A stretch of 64,000 nt of DNA from Camelus dromedarius. Lineage: Eukaryota. The position numbers and the translations under genes are program-made. Shown here one piece after another: positions 63,391 through 64,000 of this stretch; the first letter of the stretch is position 1; each line of letters starts with the position of its first letter. Below the pieces are notes generated by a model. That model saw nothing but the letters and a program-made list of their open reading frames with translations, did no database searches and had not been told where the DNA came from. The stretch lies in the NCBI RefSeq assembly GCF_036321535.1, contig NC_087437.1:99884001-99948000 (forward strand), written 5' to 3'.

Positions 63391-64000
63391 ATCAAAACTA
63401 CCATGAGGTGTCACCTCATACTGGTCAGAATGGCCATCATCAAAAAGTCTACAAATAATAAATGCTGGATAAGGTGTGGAGAAAAGGGAACCCTCCTACA
63501 CTACTGGTGGGAATGTAAATTGGAGCAGCCACTATGGAGAACAGTATAGAGGTTTCTTTAAAAAGTAAAAATAGAGTTACCATATGATCCAGCAATCCCA
63601 CTCCTAAGCATATATACAAAAAAGACAAAAACTCTAATTCAAAAAGATACATGGACCCCAACGTTCATAGCAGCACTATTTACAATAGCCAAGACAACCT
63701 ACGTGTCCATCAACAGGGGAATGGATAAAGAAAATGTGATACGTGTGTGTGTGTGTATATATGTATATGCATATATAAATAAATGTATATGTTATATATA
63801 CACATATATAAATAAATGTATACATGTATCTATATAATGGAATATTACTCAGCCACAAAAAAAGAATGAGATAATGCCATTTGCAGCAACATGGATGGAC
63901 CTAGAGATTATCATAAAAAGTGAAGTAAGTCAGAAAGAGAAAGACAAATATCATATGATATCACTTATATGTAGAATCTAAAAATAATACAAATGAACTT
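63391..64000 (+). mobile_element. Young L1 (ORF2 end/3' UTR), continuing past the window end; TG/TA microsatellite at ~63742-63835
   Basis: 'atcaaaactaccatgaggtgtcacctcatactggtcagaatggccatcatcaaaaagtc...ttgcagcaacatggatggacctagagatt'. Confidence 0.95.

Noticed and set aside
1..64000. CRISPR arrays, operons, rRNA or intact tRNA genes
   Set aside because: The sequence is mammalian; no regularly spaced repeats or full-length structural RNA genes were seen

Overview
AT-rich, CpG-depleted placental-mammal non-coding DNA (intronic or intergenic). The young L1 3' UTRs, and the absence of recognisable Alu, B1/B2, Bov-A/tA, PRE-1 or SINEC copies, suggest an artiodactyl, most likely a camelid; this is inference. 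I found no intact protein-coding exon and no support for a novel multi-gene system. The ORF-track entries are L1 ORF2 remnants, antisense repeat ORFs or chance ORFs. The window holds layered repeats (L1 of several ages, MIR, L2, MLT1/ERVL/ERV1 LTRs including a two-LTR MaLR, hAT-Charlie and Tigger), separated by TE-poor unique blocks that look like conserved enhancers. The best-supported items missing from the ORF track are: (1) a 5'-truncated RPS13 processed pseudogene with a twin-priming inversion, templated filler and 13-bp TSD, nested in an L1 (28489-28766); (2) a tailless retrocopy of the 5' half of tRNA-Cys(GCA) with a 15-bp TSD, exactly abutting the 5' junction of a young L1 (18461-18524); (3) two further 5'-inverted L1 insertions and several tail-less, TSD-less L1 patches that coincide with deletions. 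Repeat subfamily names come from recalled consensus sequences and boundaries are approximate unless a TSD is given.
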